A stretch of 64,000 nucleotides of DNA from Chrysomallon squamiferum (GCA_012295275.1 CM022669.1:9672001-9736000); one strand, 5' to 3'; counted from the stretch's first letter, positions 43,950-58,285 are shown. Numbers and translations are program-made. The notes: a model not told the origin generated them from the letters alone.

Positions 43950-45390
43950 AGACAATATTTAATAAAATAGTTGTATAGTGTTTTTCTATATTAGTGTTGT
44001 TGTTGCTGTGCGTGTGGCTGTTGTTATCACTGATGTTGTTGTAGGAAGTGATTAGTTAAACACACAACGACGTATTTTACTTAGTATTATAGTTAAGTGC
44101 CCTTGTTATAGTTAAGACAGGAAATTTGATCTGTTAACAGGATGTGAACGTTTAAAACGGGTTTTTTGATAACGTGGACAAAGAAATAATATCTGGTCTG
44201 TCTTGAATGAAGCCATTGTCTTATCCTGACGTAATTACAACAACAACAAAAAGAAAAGAAAAAAACCGCAACGGTTACAACAATGCTATTTGATGTTTCT
44301 TCTCATCCTTACCCAAACTTTTTCTTTCAAACCTAACTGCTTGGTATTCTTAATTTGCGTGTGTACTCTCATGCATGTATGTGTATGTGTGCGTGCGTCT
44401 GTGTGTGTTTTTATGCGTGTGTTTGTGTGTACCTTTACCTATATATGATTTTTCAAGTAGTTTCTCATTTAGGACAAATAATACCTAGAAATTTGTGATA
44501 GCACAATTTATTGAAAGATTAAACAGCAATATATAAATATATGAAAGACATCCCACAAATTTATTCTAAACGAAGAGTATAGCAAAATTTAAGAAACAGA
44601 ACTGAGTACTTATCAGATATAATTATACATTCTTGATATTAAATAAAAAGTAAAATAAAAAAAAAAATATATAAATGTTTTGCTTTGGTACATTTAGTTA
44701 AAGATACATGACACAATTCATTATTTTATAAATTTATCGGATTTTTTTATACGCATGTTTTAAATGACACTGATAAAACAGTCAGATTCACTGAACTTCT
44801 TATTCTTTCAAATAATTATACTGCTGAATGTACATATTAAAATAATAATAATAATTCTGTTAATTTTACATGTCATGTTAGAATTTATGCACAAGTCATA
44901 TACATAATAAAAAATATATTTAAACGTAACTATGTATTCTTAATTAGAGAAAAACGATGATCATTATTCTTTTATGTCTGTATACATATATTAATTACAA
45001 GTTCTTAATTACTCAGCAAACAAACAGGTTCTTAGTTTTATTTCCATTCCCAAGTTAATCCGTGTATATACCAGCACATGAAGTTAATATCAAACTTTGA
45101 TAATAGGAGTAGCTGATTTCACTATTAGAATAAACATGTTTCAAACATTCTCAAATTAACATAATAGAAGAACAGTTGAAATAAAATGAATAAAAGTCAT
45201 GGTATTGCAGTTTAATAATAATAATAATAATTATAATAATAATAATAATAACAACAACAACAATAACAACAACAATGGCAATGACAACAAAAACATAAAT
45301 TTAAAAAACAATAAAACAAATAATAATAAAAATAATAATAATAATTACGATACTGGTACTGGGGTTAGATCGCACAGACTTCAGGATCCA

Positions 45391-47412
45391 CTAGTTAACC
45401 TGACTGTGAAACAGTTCAACAAAGGCGAGTTTAGAACCTTTGCCCGCTATCAGGACTCTGGTGGGCGATTCGGAACAGATACTCTGCATTTCGCCTAGCT
45501 CTTTCGGAGTCTCCAATTTGATGAACCGGCGAAGAATACCGTTTGATGTCAGAACGTGGATTCCGCATTCCGAGGAGTCAAGTACAAAGATTTGCCCGTA
45601 GCAGTCGGTGCACACGCCTTGCAGATAATTCTTTCCACCTGCGTTGTAAATAGCCTTCTTAGATCCGTCAGAAGTAAAAATCTTCACCGAGCGATGGTCA
45701 TCGGAGACAATAATATCACCGTTGATGTTGGCTGTGATGTAAAGCGGACCCTGAAATTGGTATTCGCTTTCGGTGAAATTGATTTCACCTATCATTGCTC
45801 CATCCAGAGTGAATATTTGAACGCAGGCTTGGTGATCATCGCAAACAAATATTCGATTTGTCTTGTCGACCGTTATTCCTCCTGGGGACTTGAATCTTTC
45901 ATGAATGTTTCTTAAAAACATTCCACACGGGCTGAACAGTTTTAGTTTTCCATTACCGAGAGTATCCCCGCTCTCCGATATAACTATTTCGTTGTCGTTA
46001 GTGAAGGCCACATCCCAGGGCCGCACAACATACTTGCTTATGTCCCTGAATGTCTTCCCGTCTGGGTCCAAAAGAACAAAGTGATTATTCCAGCACGACG
46101 TAAGAGCTATCTCGCCGTATTTGTTTCGAGCCATGCCCGAGATGCTGGACAGAGAGTTGACAGTTTTGCAGTCACATTGCTGAAGAAAATCTGGATAGTT
46201 TCCCATTTCGCCGAACGACCCGCACACTTTGGAATTATGAATTCGTAACAGTGCGTCTGATGGTCTGAAGTAAACTTCGTTTTCGAGTGGCACATCTGTC
46301 TTGCTCGTCACGGTCTTGAGAAATATCTGTTCACAGCAAGCGAACAGCGTCAAAGCGTCAAGATCCGAGCAGTCAGTTGTTATCTTTTGCAGCACGTTAC
46401 GAATGCTCGTAGCAGAACTTTCAGTATCAGTTATATCTCTTAATCTGGAATCCAGCTTGCTCAGCTGATGTTCTTTGCGATTTCGAATTTGGCTCCGCAG
46501 ACTGCCTGCCTGCTCGTTGAGAGTTTTGATGGCTTCTCTCACTGAATGATCCAGTTTCAATTCAAGACTTTTAAAACTTTCCTCTATCTTACTCTTCCTC
46601 GTGTCTGCTGAATTCTTGGTTGTCTGGGCAAATTTTATTGCTTGCTTGGCTTTTCTCTCCAATTCGTGCATGGCTTTCTTTTGCTTGTTTCTTAATTCCT
46701 CCAATGTCTCAAGTCTGTGGCCTTTGTGTTCGTTCATTGTCACGCTATGGCAGACAAACACACCGCAATCCACGCAGCGGTAAATTACCGGATTTCCATG
46801 TTTCTCACACGTCCTTAGTCGTTTACTGGTAATAAACGACATCGGAGACATTTTAACAGACTTTGCAGAAAGTACCTCGTGGTTTTTAGTGATCTTAAGA
46901 TTGCCATGTGCTACGCGGCACGGTTCACAAAGAGCCACGCTACAAGTCCTGCAGAAAAATTCCGGATTTTTCCCCTTCTCGCATGCTTCGCACATCTCTT
47001 TTTCGTCAGTCGCTGAGTCCAATACTTCAGTGAGATCTTGCAGCGTGTAACTAGGAGTTACACCAGACAGACCTTCGGCAGGAAGGAGCTGAGATGTTCG
47101 ACAGTACTGACAGATGATCTTTTCCTTTCCTTTCTCCATGTAAGTCCCAACGCACTTGGCGCAGAAAGAGTGCAAGCAGACGAGAAGTTTGGGGTCTTTG
47201 TATTGTTTGTCACAGATCGAACAAGTAAGAATCTTGTCGATGTCATCTTTAGAACAGTTGATCTGTGCCTTCGTTGCTGTTTCGCCACTGTTCCCTTTGT
47301 CGTCGTTTTCAATGTTATCAGTTATCGGTGTTTTTGGTATCCGAAATATATCGTTGATGTAATCAGGTGTTTCATTAATTTCATTGTTTTCGTAAATGTC
47401 ATCTGTAGCCAT
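45391..47412 (-). CDS. TRIM-NHL (TRIM2/3-like) RING E3 ubiquitin ligase, 673 aa, intronless CDS
   Basis: C3HC4 RING (CSIC...CLHSFCAKC...CQYC), B-box1 (CEAC...CRTC...CEPCRVAH...H), B-box2 (CEKH...CVDC...EHKGH), a coiled coil, and NHL repeats (PWDVAF, SPGGITVD, GPLYITAN, QGVCTD). Probable 5'UTR intron 47899-47419 (GTAAGT...CCACAG). Confidence 0.93.
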   Translation of the reverse strand: MATDDIYENNEINETPDYINDIFRIPKTPITDNIENDDKGNSGETATKAQINCSKDDIDKILTCSICDKQYKDPKLLVCLHSFCAKCVGTYMEKGKEKIICQYCRTSQLLPAEGLSGVTPSYTLQDLTEVLDSATDEKEMCEACEKGKNPEFFCRTCSVALCEPCRVAHGNLKITKNHEVLSAKSVKMSPMSFITSKRLRTCEKHGNPVIYRCVDCGVFVCHSVTMNEHKGHRLETLEELRNKQKKAMHELERKAKQAIKFAQTTKNSADTRKSKIEESFKSLELKLDHSVREAIKTLNEQAGSLRSQIRNRKEHQLSKLDSRLRDITDTESSATSIRNVLQKITTDCSDLDALTLFACCEQIFLKTVTSKTDVPLENEVYFRPSDALLRIHNSKVCGSFGEMGNYPDFLQQCDCKTVNSLSSISGMARNKYGEIALTSCWNNHFVLLDPDGKTFRDISKYVVRPWDVAFTNDNEIVISESGDTLGNGKLKLFSPCGMFLRNIHERFKSPGGITVDKTNRIFVCDDHQACVQIFTLDGAMIGEINFTESEYQFQGPLYITANINGDIIVSDDHRSVKIFTSDGSKKAIYNAGGKNYLQGVCTDCYGQIFVLDSSECGIHVLTSNGILRRFIKLETPKELGEMQSICSESPTRVLIAGKGSKLAFVELFHSQVN

Positions 47413-48049
47413 TTTTGTCTGTGGAATGAAGAAAATAGACTATATTAGCAGAGATATTCATGATTTTTTTTCTCTATTTCATTTCTGTTTTTCTCTTATA
47501 CACGTTTTGAGAAAAGAAATCAAAGAGCAAAGCGCGTAAATATATGCTATAGTTAACTGTTCCAATTTAAACATAAATAGGCCTACATTAATACAGTACA
47601 ATATGATACAATAAATACAACACAATACAATACAGCAAATCAATAAATAGCCTAAAACTGAATACCTTATAACGTCCTGTTCTGAAACGTTCTTTCACAT
47701 TCTTTTATTTGTGTCATAAGTGGCAAATGCTGCGGAACGACCCTGTAGTTTCTTGTCGTAACAAATATTATATAAATACTGAAGTAGGTCAAATGACATT
47801 TTCGCTCAGTGTTTACCAATAACATAAACTTCTTGTAACTTATTATTTAAAACGAACTATCAGGATATTAATTATACCGCTAAGTAAATAAGTACTTACT
47901 TAGATGTTAGATTTTTTACAATATTTTTGTCCCGCAACTCGTCCGACTTGCTCGGATTATCCAGATCAGGAAGTAGACAGATAACAGTTTACATGTATTG
48001 TACGTTAGACCTGAACAATGAGTAATACTTTTAACCAATACGAAGAAAG

Positions 48050-48098
<49 letters not shown>

Positions 48099-48739
48099 AA
48101 AACGAATAAAATAGGCGCGATGGATAATTTTTCTATCTTTCTTTTATTTTGTTATTAAAAAAATAATAATGATAATAAAAATAATAAAATAAAATTAAAT
48201 ACAAAAAAAAAAAAAAAAATAAAAAATAGCTTGAGACTTTTATGCTTCACTTTGATTCATAAATAATATTTATTTATTTATTGTTGTTTATTTTATTAAG
48301 GCAATATTACTAGTACTGCTACTACTACTACTACTAATAATAAGAAGAAGAAGAAGAAAAAGGCAGAAGAAACTAAATAAACGATTATTAATAACAAAAT
48401 AAAGATGTGTATTACTTTCTTTAAAAACTACACTGAAGTAGAGACGTGCAGAGTAAATATCACTGTCGACACGATTTAGTCCACGATGTTTGGGAGAAAA
48501 CAGAAATTGATCATATTTTCACTTAATCGCTGGCGAACTCTGTATCCTATAGAATTTGACGTAATCGTGCGATGATTTGACTCGATCATGACAAACAAAC
48601 AAACGGATAAAAGATAATAAAATACATTAAAAAGAAAATAATAATAAAATTAAAAAATTAAAAATTAAGAAAAGATTAAAAAACAACAACAACTTTGCCC
48701 ATGAAATAGCACGGAAAAAAAAAAGAAGTAATAAAAATA

Positions 48740-48787
<48 letters not shown>

Positions 48788-49079
48788 TAATAAATAAATA
48801 AATTAATTAATTAAAAATCGCATTCGCTGTGCAAGCTGATGCACGAACGCGATGAAACGCTCGGGTCTGGTGAACAACGGTCTTATTGTTTATGCTTATT
48901 TTTCTAAATACAAATTGATAATTAACATGTCTTTTTTTTCATAGTTTTATCGCGGTAAATGAAATGGATAAAGTAATATTTATAATTCAGATTTATAATT
49001 AACGTGTTTTAATCCATCTGTTGATTTTGTTCGATACAAAATAATGGTTCGTCTGGTGGAATTTACTTTAAAAAGAAAG

Positions 49080-49119
49080 CCGGAAGTTGCAGACTAGTAT
49101 TTCCGATGCCAACATGGCG
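49080..49119 (+). promoter_or_regulatory. ETS-type CCGGAAGT site plus a YY1-type AACATGGCG overlapping the IER3IP1 start codon
   Basis: CCGGAAGT at 49080-49087 and AACATGGCG at 49111-49119, a combination typical of housekeeping promoters. Lies head-to-head with the TRIM gene. Confidence 0.45.
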
Positions 49120-50060
49120 TTTACATTTTATTCCCTGATCGAAGCTGTTATTTTGTGTTTGAATGCAGTCTGTGTACTTCATGAAGAAAGATTTCTTTCA
49201 AAATGTAAAATGCCACAGATAAATATCAAAACAAGAGCTAAATAAAACATTTTGTAAATCGGACGATAAATTATAATACTGTCTTGTTGGAAAAGTATTT
49301 CAGAATATTTCTGAGAAATTTATTTCAACTGTATAATATAATGACTGTTGTCAGTGTTGATAATGTTCATAAGAATATTATTTTTTAGCAGTAACAAATA
49401 TTAAAACATATTATATATCCGATAATATATTGTATCATTTTGATATGTAATTATTTTTTTAAATTTAATTTTTTTTTTATATATATATATATATTTTTTT
49501 TTATTTGTAATATACAAATGGAGCATTTATTTATTTATTCATTCATTTATTTATTTTTCAGTTGGTTTAGGTGCTGATCAGCGAGGTTTTGGAGAAAGTC
49601 CTGGAACAAAGACTCAGCTTCTAAATTTAATACGTTCTATTCGAACCGTTATGAGATGTAAGTATATGATATTTAATATTTTATAATATAACATTCATTA
49701 TATATGTATTAATATTTCTGTCTAACATACTTTTTAGAACAATATGCATATACATATATATATATATAGATATATATATATATAGCCCATGATGATCAGT
49801 GTATAATGTATACTATATTTTTAATTACTATAAAATAATAAATAATTTAGTAATATGAATAACATAGTAAATGTTTATTAATTTATTTTTTCTTTCACTT
49901 TTTTTTTTTGTGCTATTTTTTTATTATTATTTTAAAATATTTGTTTGTGAACATTTAGGAATAAAAATAATATAATTTAAAAAAAAAAAAAACAACAACA
50001 ACATACTGTTTCTATTATTTTGTTATTTTTTGTGTTTATAACCGTATATATTTGTATTTT

Positions 50061-50131
<71 letters not shown>

Positions 50132-50526
50132 TCTAACACACACATACATATACAAACTTTTTTATGTATATATTTTATAAAACAACCATTATATTTTAAA
50201 TTTCCCACAATCACAGAATTATATCTGTTTTATATATCTGAACTTCGAGTTTGTTTAAATCGAGTGGATTTACAAATATTAAGTTGTCCTAGAAAACAGT
50301 ATACTTTTATTTTTGTTAGCACTGTTGTAGCAGATTAAAGAGGAAATACAGACCAATTACATGTACTTGTTATGATGCCAATAAGAGTTAAAGTTTTATC
50401 TTGACCATTGAATAACCATGTATATATATATGTATATATCATTATATGTTTTTTTTTTTTTCTTTTTCAGTTCCTTTAATTGGTATAAATATTGTGGTTA
50501 TTCTATTGAAGATGGTGTTTGGTTAG
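49114..50526 (+). CDS. IER3IP1: Immediate early response 3-interacting protein 1 (Yos1 homologue), 3 exons, 80 aa
   Basis: Exons 49114-49204, 49562-49657 and 50471-50526 with phase-1 GT-AG introns splice to MAFTFYSLIEAVILCLNAVCVLHEERFLSKFGLGADQRGFGESPGTKTQLLNLIRSIRTVMRFPLIGINIVVILLKMVFG*. This carries the family motifs LHEERFL and LIRSxRTVMRxPLI. Confidence 0.96.
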
Positions 50527-50720
50527 AAAAATCTAACTGAACTTAAAACAAACACCTTGGAGAGATAATGGGGATATTGAGTGTAAAAATATCTCAGATA
50601 AATGACTGTGACATTTCATTACTATTTAAAGATATCTGGTCAGCAGTTTGATGATTGTAGAAGTTTATGGTCAAGTCAGAAATGTATTATTGTTAATTTT
50701 ATTGCAATTTAAATGACATA

Positions 50721-51020
50721 CCTTCAACCCTCCATTTGATGGACTTCTAAATCTGGACAGAACCTCAGAAATAAACAAATATTCTCAAATCTCCACCAAC
50801 TCAGAATAAATCATTTGTATTACCACTATATGATCATGCAAAAACATGGGTAAGTAAAAACTGTGAATTTATTCCACACTGTGAGCTTAAACTAAGTTAA
50901 AGTAAATTTTGTTCTGCACTGTTAATATTTGTGCTATTTCTAACATCCTTTTGAAAAAACATCTTTTGATTTTTCAGACAACCATTTCTCCTTTTAGTCC
51001 ATTAAATGGAGGGTCAACTG
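50721..51020. mobile_element. 300-bp non-autonomous Tc1/mariner (pogo/Tigger-like) MITE with TA target duplication
   Basis: Left end TA|CCTTCAACCCTCCATTTGATGGACT. Right end reverse complement TA|CAGTTGACCCTCCATTTAATGGACT. No ORF. Confidence 0.75.
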
Positions 51021-51930
51021 TATTCTGAAAATACATATTCCATTTACATTTATCTATATTTATAAAATCATCAGATATAAATATGAAACCATGAACTGAA
51101 AAGTGTATAAGAATAAAGAAAAAATAACTATTAAAGGTCAGTTTTCTACTGGAGTAATGAGCTTTCAGGAGCAGTATTTTTTTAAAATTATTATTAGAAA
51201 TCAGAGATCAAGATTCAATTGTGTATGGACAAATGCAGTGCTGGCTGCTGCTTTTTTTTTTTTCTCCTTTTTTTTTTTTTTTTGTATTGTAAGAAAATTG
51301 TGTAGTATTATAAATATAAGCACATGTTGATACTTTCATCAGACTTAAAATTACCTGGCTAGTGAGGACTTGTCACTGTGGTTGAAAGCTATTTAATTTT
51401 AAATGACACAGGTATTGTTAAATGTCATTGATTCAGAAGTTTGCAATAAAAAATGGCCAATTTGTAAAATTCTGTTTGATAAATCTATGTAGGCTTCACA
51501 TCAAGCCAGAATATGAAATAAAGACATTTTTGATGGTTTTGAATGTGAAATCCTCGTGTTTGAACAAGATTTTTCAATTTTAAGAAATTATAATAAGTTC
51601 TTCCTTGCACATACAAAGGCTGTTGGTATATGTGTTTTTATAAGTAATGTAACATATAAAACTTTCTTATCATTTACAATGTAGATAACTGTTGCTAGTA
51701 CACAGTTATGTTTAGTACTGACTGCAAAAAAGTCATTGGCTGGTTTAGTTTGGTTTGTATTGAAATTAAAGATAAAAAGGAGAGGCAGTCACAGCTCTGA
51801 AACGTGATTACTCAGAAAAGTCAGATGAAAATGTTATCAAGAAAATATTAACTATTTGTAAAATTGTTTTGTATAGTTTTGTTTATGCTATAATATATAT
51901 ATGTATGTGTGTGTTTGTGTGTGTGTGCGT

Positions 51931-51966
<36 letters not shown>

Positions 51967-53153
51967 GATAGATATACATGTGTGTGTGTCCGTATGCACA
52001 CACAGACATATTAATTTATGCATTATACTTCAAAATGACAGGTGATGGCCTGGGATCTTTGGCCTCTGCTACAATCCCAGGCCTGTTTTTTAATCATAAA
52101 ACTTATCATTAGATGACTGACACATGACTCAAGTGACTATTTAGTGGTATTAGCTTGTAAAATATTGGAACTTTATAATAATAGTTTTTAAAAATGAAAT
52201 GACAGACATGATGGTATGAAAGTTGTATATATCAGATGGAGGTTTGTTGTTATACGTCTCTATATAAACAATTTGTGTTTTATGAATAAATATTTAGATC
52301 ATTATGTTAAAAGATGTATTATTCTGTTTTGTGAAGAAAAATGGAGAGAATTATGGGGTGTTTTTTTTTCATTATATAAAATTGGTGCTTGTGCAACGTA
52401 ATGCATACCACAAATTAAATATTTTAGCACAAAACTTAAAAGGACAGCTTTTTTCTTCTGGTTTTCATTTTTCTTTCTTTTCTCTTTAACAGAGAGACTT
52501 TATATTAACTTCATTAAAAGTTAAACAAGTCATCAATTCTCCTTCACACACCAAATGAAAACATTAACACCAACCCCCACCAAAAAACCAAACAACAACA
52601 AAATCCCTCCCCCCCAAAAAAAAATGCAACCTCTGAAAGATATCTTTCTAGCTTTGATAAATACCACAAAAGGCTGTAAATAAATAATAAAATTGCAATG
52701 GTTTCATTGTCTTAACATGAAAATGGGTCCAAGTGTGCAATTTTTAGTAATAAGCATTATTATTAGTATTATTATTACATGATTGAGAAGCAGATAAAAA
52801 GAATAAAAATAGGTTTTGATGTTTGGAATAATGACACTAGTTATTATTATCTGCATCATTTAAGTATAACTGTCAAACACAGTTTCCTATCAAGGAAATG
52901 CCTCCTTGACTTATTTATATTTCTTTTGTTTTTGTCATTATTACTGTGTATCTTGCCTATAAATGATTGTCTTTACATTTAAAATTTTTGTGTTTTGTTG
53001 TGATTTTTTGCATTGTGACAAGAAATTTCAATTTAATAATTTATTTATTATTTATTATTTTTTTATTATTTTTATTTAATAGATTATTCATTTATTTCTG
53101 ACTAAATATTGTTAAAACCAGTTATTTTAACTACTACTACTACTATTATTATT

Positions 53154-53215
<62 letters not shown>

Positions 53216-55417
53216 GTATTTTTCTTCAGTGGCAAAAGATCTTGTATACAAAACAAATCAACACCATACTGTATACATTTAGAAGATACAGTATTTTGAT
53301 AGCATGCTTTACACAAACTACATCTAATTTTAACATGTCTGTGAAATATAACCAGAAATCATTACAGTGTTTTTGGTATTATGAATGCCTTTAATTATTA
53401 TTAAAGTAAAAAAAAATTGACATTTTTTTTATATCTTATAAGTAAATATATAATTCATGAAAATAATATCATTAGCAGCAAACTGTGTGTGCATTTTGTC
53501 TTCAAATAACATTCTTTTTTCTTTAATTTTTTCTTATAATTTGTAAATCTCTCAAAGCTTTTGATCTCTCAAATACAAAATTTTAATTAAAAGTCATTTT
53601 TTTAAATAATTTTTTTAAATATGTTTTTTCAGTTTAATTAGAATAATGAAATATTTCTAAAAAAAATCTTCAAATAATAACAAAAGCAGTAATAACAGCA
53701 GTAGCAATAGTAATAGTAGTAGTAGTGTTAGCAACAGCAGCAGCTGAAGTAGTAGTGACAGCTGTAGTAAATGCTGTAGTATTAATGATAGCATTGCTTA
53801 GCTTCATTTAGCTGTAATATTCCCACATTGCCAAAACTAATTCATTATGTAGCACCAGAAGCATCTCTCTGTATTTCTTTTTACAGACAAACTGGATGAA
53901 GCAACCTAACTTTTTCATTCTACAAGAAAGAACTCATCTCACAATTTGCTTACTTGTAATTGTTTGCATTTCAATATTGTGTTTGTATTTGAACTTTCAA
54001 ACATTTTCCCTGATGGCTTTTATTGTATGGGTGACAGACTAATGTTAGAGTAAACTACATGCCTTAGTGATAACAATGTAGCTATGCTAGCAGTTAAACA
54101 TGTTTCTGAATTATTCTTTAAAAAAAAAAAAAAAAATCTCTTTGAAGTAGGTTCTTCAGATTTGAAGTCTTTAATAAATTTCTGATCTAGAGAAAAAAAA
54201 AAATTAAAATAAAATAAAATAAAAAAAAAAAAATTAAAATAAAATAAAATAAAATAAAATAAAATAAAATAAAATAAATAAATAAAAATAATAAAATAAA
54301 CAAAATAATGCTATCAAGGACAATTGAATGATTAGTCTCCAACTGTAATTCGTTGCAAGTGTGATAATTTATTTTTTTGTAAACTGTAAAATGTTTTTAA
54401 AAAAAAGATAAAAAAATCACTGGTAATAAAGGTGGACAGAATCCCTATTAAGTAATTTCATTTTAATAAATTTATTAAATTAATCAATTAATTAATCTGT
54501 ATTATTAATTCATTTTGAGACAGCAAAATATTAACCATAAGATATTTTTAATTATCCGTACAAGATAATTTGGGTTTGTTGAGTAAAAAAAATAATTAAT
54601 AAAACCTATCATTCATATCTACAGCTTTTGAAATGACACTAACATATTTATACTGAATAGAGATAAAAATAAAAAAAAAACATTTACTTAAAACCAGGAT
54701 GTCAAATATATGAAGAAGAAAATTACAAGGAAGTGCATTTGCATCCTGCTGAGGTTCAGGATTTTCTGTTTTGGATTACTTTGATGATGTAAATCTGTAC
54801 TAGACAGAAGTGCTTTAAGGGATGAGTGGATGTTACAAGAGTCTCAAACTTCCTTTTAGTGAAAAATAAATCTCCCTGTCTGTTTTACCCATGCATGCTT
54901 GTGCAGACACACCTACACACATACACACACTCACACACACACACACACACACAGGAATGTGTGAAAGCTCTCCCACACAACATATTCATACAGAAACTTT
55001 GTACTCAGTGAGGTTTTTTTCCACTGGTAAACCTCCCCTAAACCCACCCTTAAATAACATGATAATGGAGGACATTATGTGCAGAGTATATTTATTAATA
55101 TTTATTTATTTATATGCATTTATTTATTATTTTACTATATTTAGATATATTTTTATATACATATATGTATGTCTCTTCTGGGCTTTTTATTTTTTCATAT
55201 TTAAATGCAAAGAGCAAATTTACTGTATATCAGAGGATGACTAAGTTTGATCTGATTTTAATATTAACAGTCTTTAAATATACTGATTTGTACAGTCACA
55301 TCTTTCATATGCACTTAGACTACACCAGGAAGCACATTTCCTTTGATGTTAGAGATCCTAAGACACCTCAGGCAGCTCATCTACATTACATTCCAAAATA
55401 GGAGATTCTAATTCTGC

Positions 55418-55463
<46 letters not shown>

Positions 55464-58285
55464 CTTAATAAATTCTTCCCATTCTAAGTGTTAAAGTGTA
55501 CCTTTTGTGACATGATGAAATAGCCTAAATATGTTCTGCATACTCTCGAGTTATGTTTTATTTGGTTTCTTTTCTTTTTATATTCTTTACTTTTTTTTTC
55601 TTTTTTTTTGGTGTTCAGTCTTAATTTAAACAAGCAAAATACATTTAAAATATCTGGGAGCTGCCATTTTTTTCTGTAGTTCTAAAATGTAGATCTCTTA
55701 AGTTTCTTTTAATTTTGTCTGAAAAAGAAATGTTATTGCACACCTGATAACATCATGACTCCACTTTTAAACCAGTAAAATATTTTGTAACAGTAACATG
55801 TCATACTTTTCAAAGAAATGGTAGATCATCTAAAAAAATAAAATAACAACCTTGAAGAAATAAATAATTTCATTAGTCTTTTTATCGCAGTCTTTAAAAT
55901 ATTAATACATAATAGAAAACGTATCTGTAGTTTGCTGTTTTTGAGAAAGTGTATAAACACAATATCTTGATCCTAAATAATGAGAGTAGACCCTTGAGTT
56001 GAAAAAGAATTTGTTTTATGAACTTCATTATATCAAAACTATTTTATGCTAAATATCAAATACAAGTAACAGATAACTTATCTGGCTTCCAGAAAACTGG
56101 CATTAGAAGTGTATTCATCTTTATCTGTTATAATATTTAATCTTTTACTTTTCATTGTTCTATTTTTTAAGTATAATTATTTTAAGTCTTGGATCAGGAA
56201 ACTAGAAAATCCAGAAATCTGGGAAACTACTGGTTCAGATAAACTTGCCAGATAAATAAAACTTTAAAACTGATTACAATAAACTAATATTTCATTAATT
56301 AATTAACAATAACAATAAATAACACATTCTATTTTTGATATAATTTATTACCAATTTTAAAAATTAAAATAAACTATCTGTATAAATATGACAGTATGTA
56401 AAAGAATACATACAAAAACTCATAATAAAATGGACAATAACCACATAATTATTTTCAATGTTTTTGGTATTGTGTATTTTGTTTGTAAAATAGAACTTCT
56501 TGGTAAAGCCAATAAAGAATTCTTAGTTTATTTGCTAAGTCAGAAATTAATAAATAAATATATAATATTAAATGAAAAACAATAGTAAAAGAAAGAAAAA
56601 AAATAATAATAAACAAATAATAATAATAATAATAAATAATTTAAAAAAAATATATATATATATATAATAAAATTATGAAGCTGCCAATAAAAAGTTCATA
56701 TATTACTATTGAAAATATAAATAAAATAAAATAACAATTATTTACATATGAAATACTGAACTGTGCTGACAGAAAAGGATATTCATTCTAGCTTGTCCAA
56801 CAGTGTTTTGAGCAAATGCATAATTGTAGTCACAATTTTATTTGAAATACCTTTTCGATTATAATACATGATCATTATAAAAAATTGAAATTTATATTAA
56901 TTCACAACAACTGATTATACATCAAAACCACAACTAAAACTCAACTAGTATATTAATATCAGCAAGTATTTCTAGATATATAACTGACAGAATGGCTAAT
57001 GTGAAAAATGTTTCTGTCCAGCCCTTGATCATTTTAATGTATTTTGGGGAAATTTTAACTGTTTTTGGACTGTTAGATGTTTTGGGGATCAGCTGTTATT
57101 TCACTAGCTGTTATTTTGTTTATTTCTAAAGTGATATGGTAATTAAGTAAGAATATTTTTAAAGTTAATTATGTAGAAATTCCTTTTTTTAAATTTTATT
57201 TTAATTATTATTTGTTTATATACAAAATGCCCATTAAGTAAGAAAAATATATAACATTATTTCAAGAAATTAAAAATATTAATGACTACCCTGACAAATT
57301 TAAAATAAAATTAATACTAATGCTAATACTAATACTATTGCTAATAATGATGATAATAATAGAAGATTTATTAATATGTCATTGAATAAATAAATAAATA
57401 AATGAAAAAAAAAAGTATATATATAAAAAAATAAAAAAAAAAAAAAAAAAAATAATGATGGTTGTTATAATATGAAATAATCCACTTCCTTAATAAAGAT
57501 GTTATTTACATTAATATATAATTTTATAAAAATTATTGAAAATGTGAAAGACAAATTAGAAATATTCTGATTATTATGTACAGTATGTTAAACTGGCATT
57601 TTGCATAATAATTTATTATAATCATAAAAACTGATACACTGATTAAAACAGATTTAACAACAAAATAATAAGAATTTATAAAGACAGATTACATTAAAAA
57701 AAATTTATATATTATGATAAAAACATATTTCTAACAAAATAATGTTATCACATAAAACTTTCATTAATTCTATCAAAAATGAATTCCTCTGTAATTATTA
57801 ATATAAAATCATATAAATTGACAGTTTGGAAAAAATAAATTTAACAATAATAACTTAATACATTTATATGGATTAATGTATTGGACAATAATTCATTAGG
57901 TAATTATTTAATATATATTAATTATCATCCTTCACACAAACATACAGCCATAAGCATGTGCATGTGCACACACATACACATGCAGAACTGCAACAAATTT
58001 AGGTCATACATTTCATTTACTTGTATTACAAAAAAAGTTCAATAGTTGATCAAAAGAAGCCATTTAAAAGCACACATCTTTAGTAAATAAATAAATAAAT
58101 AATAATAATCATCATCATCATAATAATGGCTAAAAGGCAGTTTGTTTTCAACACATTTTTAAAGTAAACCCATTCCCCACATTGACATGTCAAGATAATA
58201 ATGCCAGTTAGATGAGATTGTATCTTCAGTGTCTGGTTGAAGTAAAAACAAATATTATTATTATTTTTATATTATATATAAATAA

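Noticed and set aside
45199-45498. 99-aa Asn-rich ORF overlapping the TRIM 3' end
   Set aside because: It is an (AAT/AAC)n repeat plus antisense of the TRIM CDS.
53887-54042. Acceptor followed by ~51 open codons as a possible extra IER3IP1 exon
   Set aside because: In the phase required by IER3IP1 exon 2 it stops within 8 codons, and no homology is recognisable.
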